NCBI GenBank assembly: GCA_048886185.1
Contig: JBHLKY010000056.1
Coordinates: 1 to 7,641, forward strand
Length of the DNA stretch: 7,641 nucleotides
Source: Candidatus Hermodarchaeota archaeon
GTDB taxonomy: Archaea; Asgardarchaeota; Heimdallarchaeia; Hodarchaeales; Hodarchaeaceae
Direction: 5' to 3'
Shown: positions 6,109-7,641 of the stretch, in pieces
Position numbering within the stretch: the first letter of the stretch is position 1
How the letters are laid out: each line of letters opens with the position of its first letter
The notes under the pieces: model-generated
What the model was told of the DNA's origin: nothing
Seen by the model: the letters and a program-made list of their open reading frames with translations, nothing else
Database searches by the model: none
Made by a program: the position numbers and the translations under genes

Positions 6109-7641
6109 TCAAAAGCGAAATTCCAAACTACCAAATCTTTCTATAATCATAAAACTAATAACTGTTATGATTACAAGAACAGCCGAAAAAGAGGCAGCAG
6201 ATCCAATATTTCTTGTATCAATAAGACGATAGATTCCCACAGGGATTGTCGCAAAATTTGCTCGGGCTAGAAAACTAGTAGCCCCAAATTCACCTATTGA
6301 AATTGCAAAACTAAATAACCCAGCAATAATTATTCCTGGAAGAAGTAGAGGGAGCTCAATTTTAATGAAAGTTCTCAAGCGAGATGCTCCAAGACTACGG
6401 GCTACGTTAACTACTGTCGGATCAATATTTGCACGTGTTCCAGCAATAATTCGATTGGCAAATGGAAAAGCAATTAATGTTTGTGCAATGATAATTGCTA
6501 ACGATACATCTCTATAAATTGGGGTAAGATGATACAAGCTAAATAATGCAAACGCTAGAGTGATGGAGGAGACTGCTAATGGCAGAATAACAATAATTCC
6601 GCTTATTGATTGACGTAATGTCAATTTGGGGGTTCCTTTATAGGTTGTTTCATAATTTAACCCATAATTCAGAAGTAATGCTAGAATCGAAGCTAAAATT
6701 AATACGCCAATTCCAAATACAAGTGAATTGATGATCATAGTTTGAGGAGCTAATCCAATGAAGCTTCTCAGATTTAAATCTAATAATCTTGTATAATGTT
6801 CTAGTGTAAAGATCCCATCAGATGATGTGAATGACGCTATGAAAACGCCTATTATCGGTAACAGACAGATAATTCCTACAATTAGAAAATAACCAAATAC
6901 TGACAACAATCGAAGTATTGTACTTAGTTGAAACGGCTTAGGTAACAGTGTTTTGTCAATTGTCCAAGCATATTTTGCTGTTGGAATCTCATATTTGTTT
7001 GAGAAATGAAGGTATAATATGATAATTACAATATTGATGAGGATTTGGACAAGTGTAAGAGCTGCTGCAGCATTAAAATCAAAGGCACCTTTAGCTAGTG
7101 AATAAATCCGAACCTCGAGCGTTTGATATTGCACTCCGCCTAAAACTAATACAATTGCAAAACTATTGAAAGCATAAATGAATACCAAGAGCGAAGCTAC
7201 TGCTAGGATGGGAAATAATTGAGGAAATTGAATTTTCCAGAATATTTGCCATTTTGATGCCTTTAAACTCCTACCAACAGCTTCTAATTCAGGATCAATA
7301 TTTTTCCATCCTATTTCAGTTAAGCGGATTATTACTGGTATATTGTAAAACACATGAGCTAAAATTATCCCTTCATAGGTATTGTAGATATCAATTAAAC
7401 GCATTCCAGTAAAGCTTTTCCAAACCTGATTTATCCAACTCCCGTGACCAAAAACTGCAATAAATCCAATTAATACCACAATTGGGGGTAAAATAAATGG
7501 GATTGTCAACAGATTTCTTAATAAACTCCTCCCAAGAAACTGATAGTGAGCTAAAATATAAGAACCAGGTATTCCGATGATTAAACATAATATAGTAGTT
7601 AATAATGCCTGTTGAATGTCCCAATACAAGAAATACTTATT
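6109..7641 (-). CDS. thiP: ABC transporter fused double permease, ThiP/FbpB type (5'-truncated by the window)
   Basis: Two BPD_transp_1 halves with EAA loops (EAVGRSLKASKWQIFWKIQFP; NVARSLGASRLRTFIKIELPLL). ThiP-like segments QQALLT...F.GR.LL..L..IPFILP, SFAIVL.LGG...TLEV.IY......DF..AA.L.L.Q and SIGEFG. The frame stays open past the track's TTG (7629) to the edge (...NKYFLYWD), so the true start is outside. Confidence 0.85.
   Translation of the reverse strand, partial: NKYFLYWDIQQALLTTILCLIIGIPGSYILAHYQFLGRSLLRNLLTIPFILPPIVVLIGFIAVFGHGSWINQVWKSFTGMRLIDIYNTYEGIILAHVFYNIPVIIRLTEIGWKNIDPELEAVGRSLKASKWQIFWKIQFPQLFPILAVASLLVFIYAFNSFAIVLVLGGVQYQTLEVRIYSLAKGAFDFNAAAALTLVQILINIVIIILYLHFSNKYEIPTAKYAWTIDKTLLPKPFQLSTILRLLSVFGYFLIVGIICLLPIIGVFIASFTSSDGIFTLEHYTRLLDLNLRSFIGLAPQTMIINSLVFGIGVLILASILALLLNYGLNYETTYKGTPKLTLRQSISGIIVILPLAVSSITLAFALFSLYHLTPIYRDVSLAIIIAQTLIAFPFANRIIAGTRANIDPTVVNVARSLGASRLRTFIKIELPLLLPGIIIAGLFSFAISIGEFGATSFLARANFATIPVGIYRLIDTRNIGSAASFSAVLVIITVISFMIIERFGSLEFRF

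Noticed and set aside
6046-6270. 74-aa plus-strand ORF
   Set aside because: Antisense shadow over the thiP end and thiQ start, with no recognisable features.
7391-7624. 77-aa minus-strand ORF
   Set aside because: An alternative frame entirely inside the thiP-like permease, with no SD or domain signal.
7627-7629. TTG start for the permease given by the track
   Set aside because: The frame is open to 7641, and ThiP-type permeases have additional N-terminal sequence. This is an internal Leu.
1-7641. CRISPR array, transposase/integrase, terminal inverted repeats, rRNA
   Set aside because: No periodic repeat-spacer structure, mobile-element protein motif or rRNA-like sequence was seen. The window is almost fully explained by five CDS.

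Overview
AT-rich archaeal-looking window with two parts. The archaeal assignment rests on a COG2522-type HTH/Cys domain fused to a ThiN domain and on a sequon-rich Ig-like surface protein; an Asgard (Heimdall/Hodarchaeales-like) origin is only my impression. (1) Left, 1-2546 minus: the 5' part (848 codons visible, open to the window edge, absent from the ORF track) of a large surface glycoprotein. It has a signal peptide, a ~170-aa extracellular domain, an internal two-helix membrane hairpin and then Ig-like beta-sandwich domains. (2) Right, 2901-7641: a compact predicted thiamine uptake/salvage/regulation locus. It comprises a ThiR-like regulator (HTH + Cys/His cluster + apparently non-catalytic ThiN domain), a divergently transcribed choline-kinase/APH-fold kinase (candidate ThiK-like thiamine kinase), and a convergent ABC importer (ThiP-like fused permease, 5'-truncated, plus a ThiQ/PotA-like ATPase). 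I found no rRNA, tRNA, CRISPR array, mobile element or TPP riboswitch. Three short ORFs in the track are judged to be shadows.
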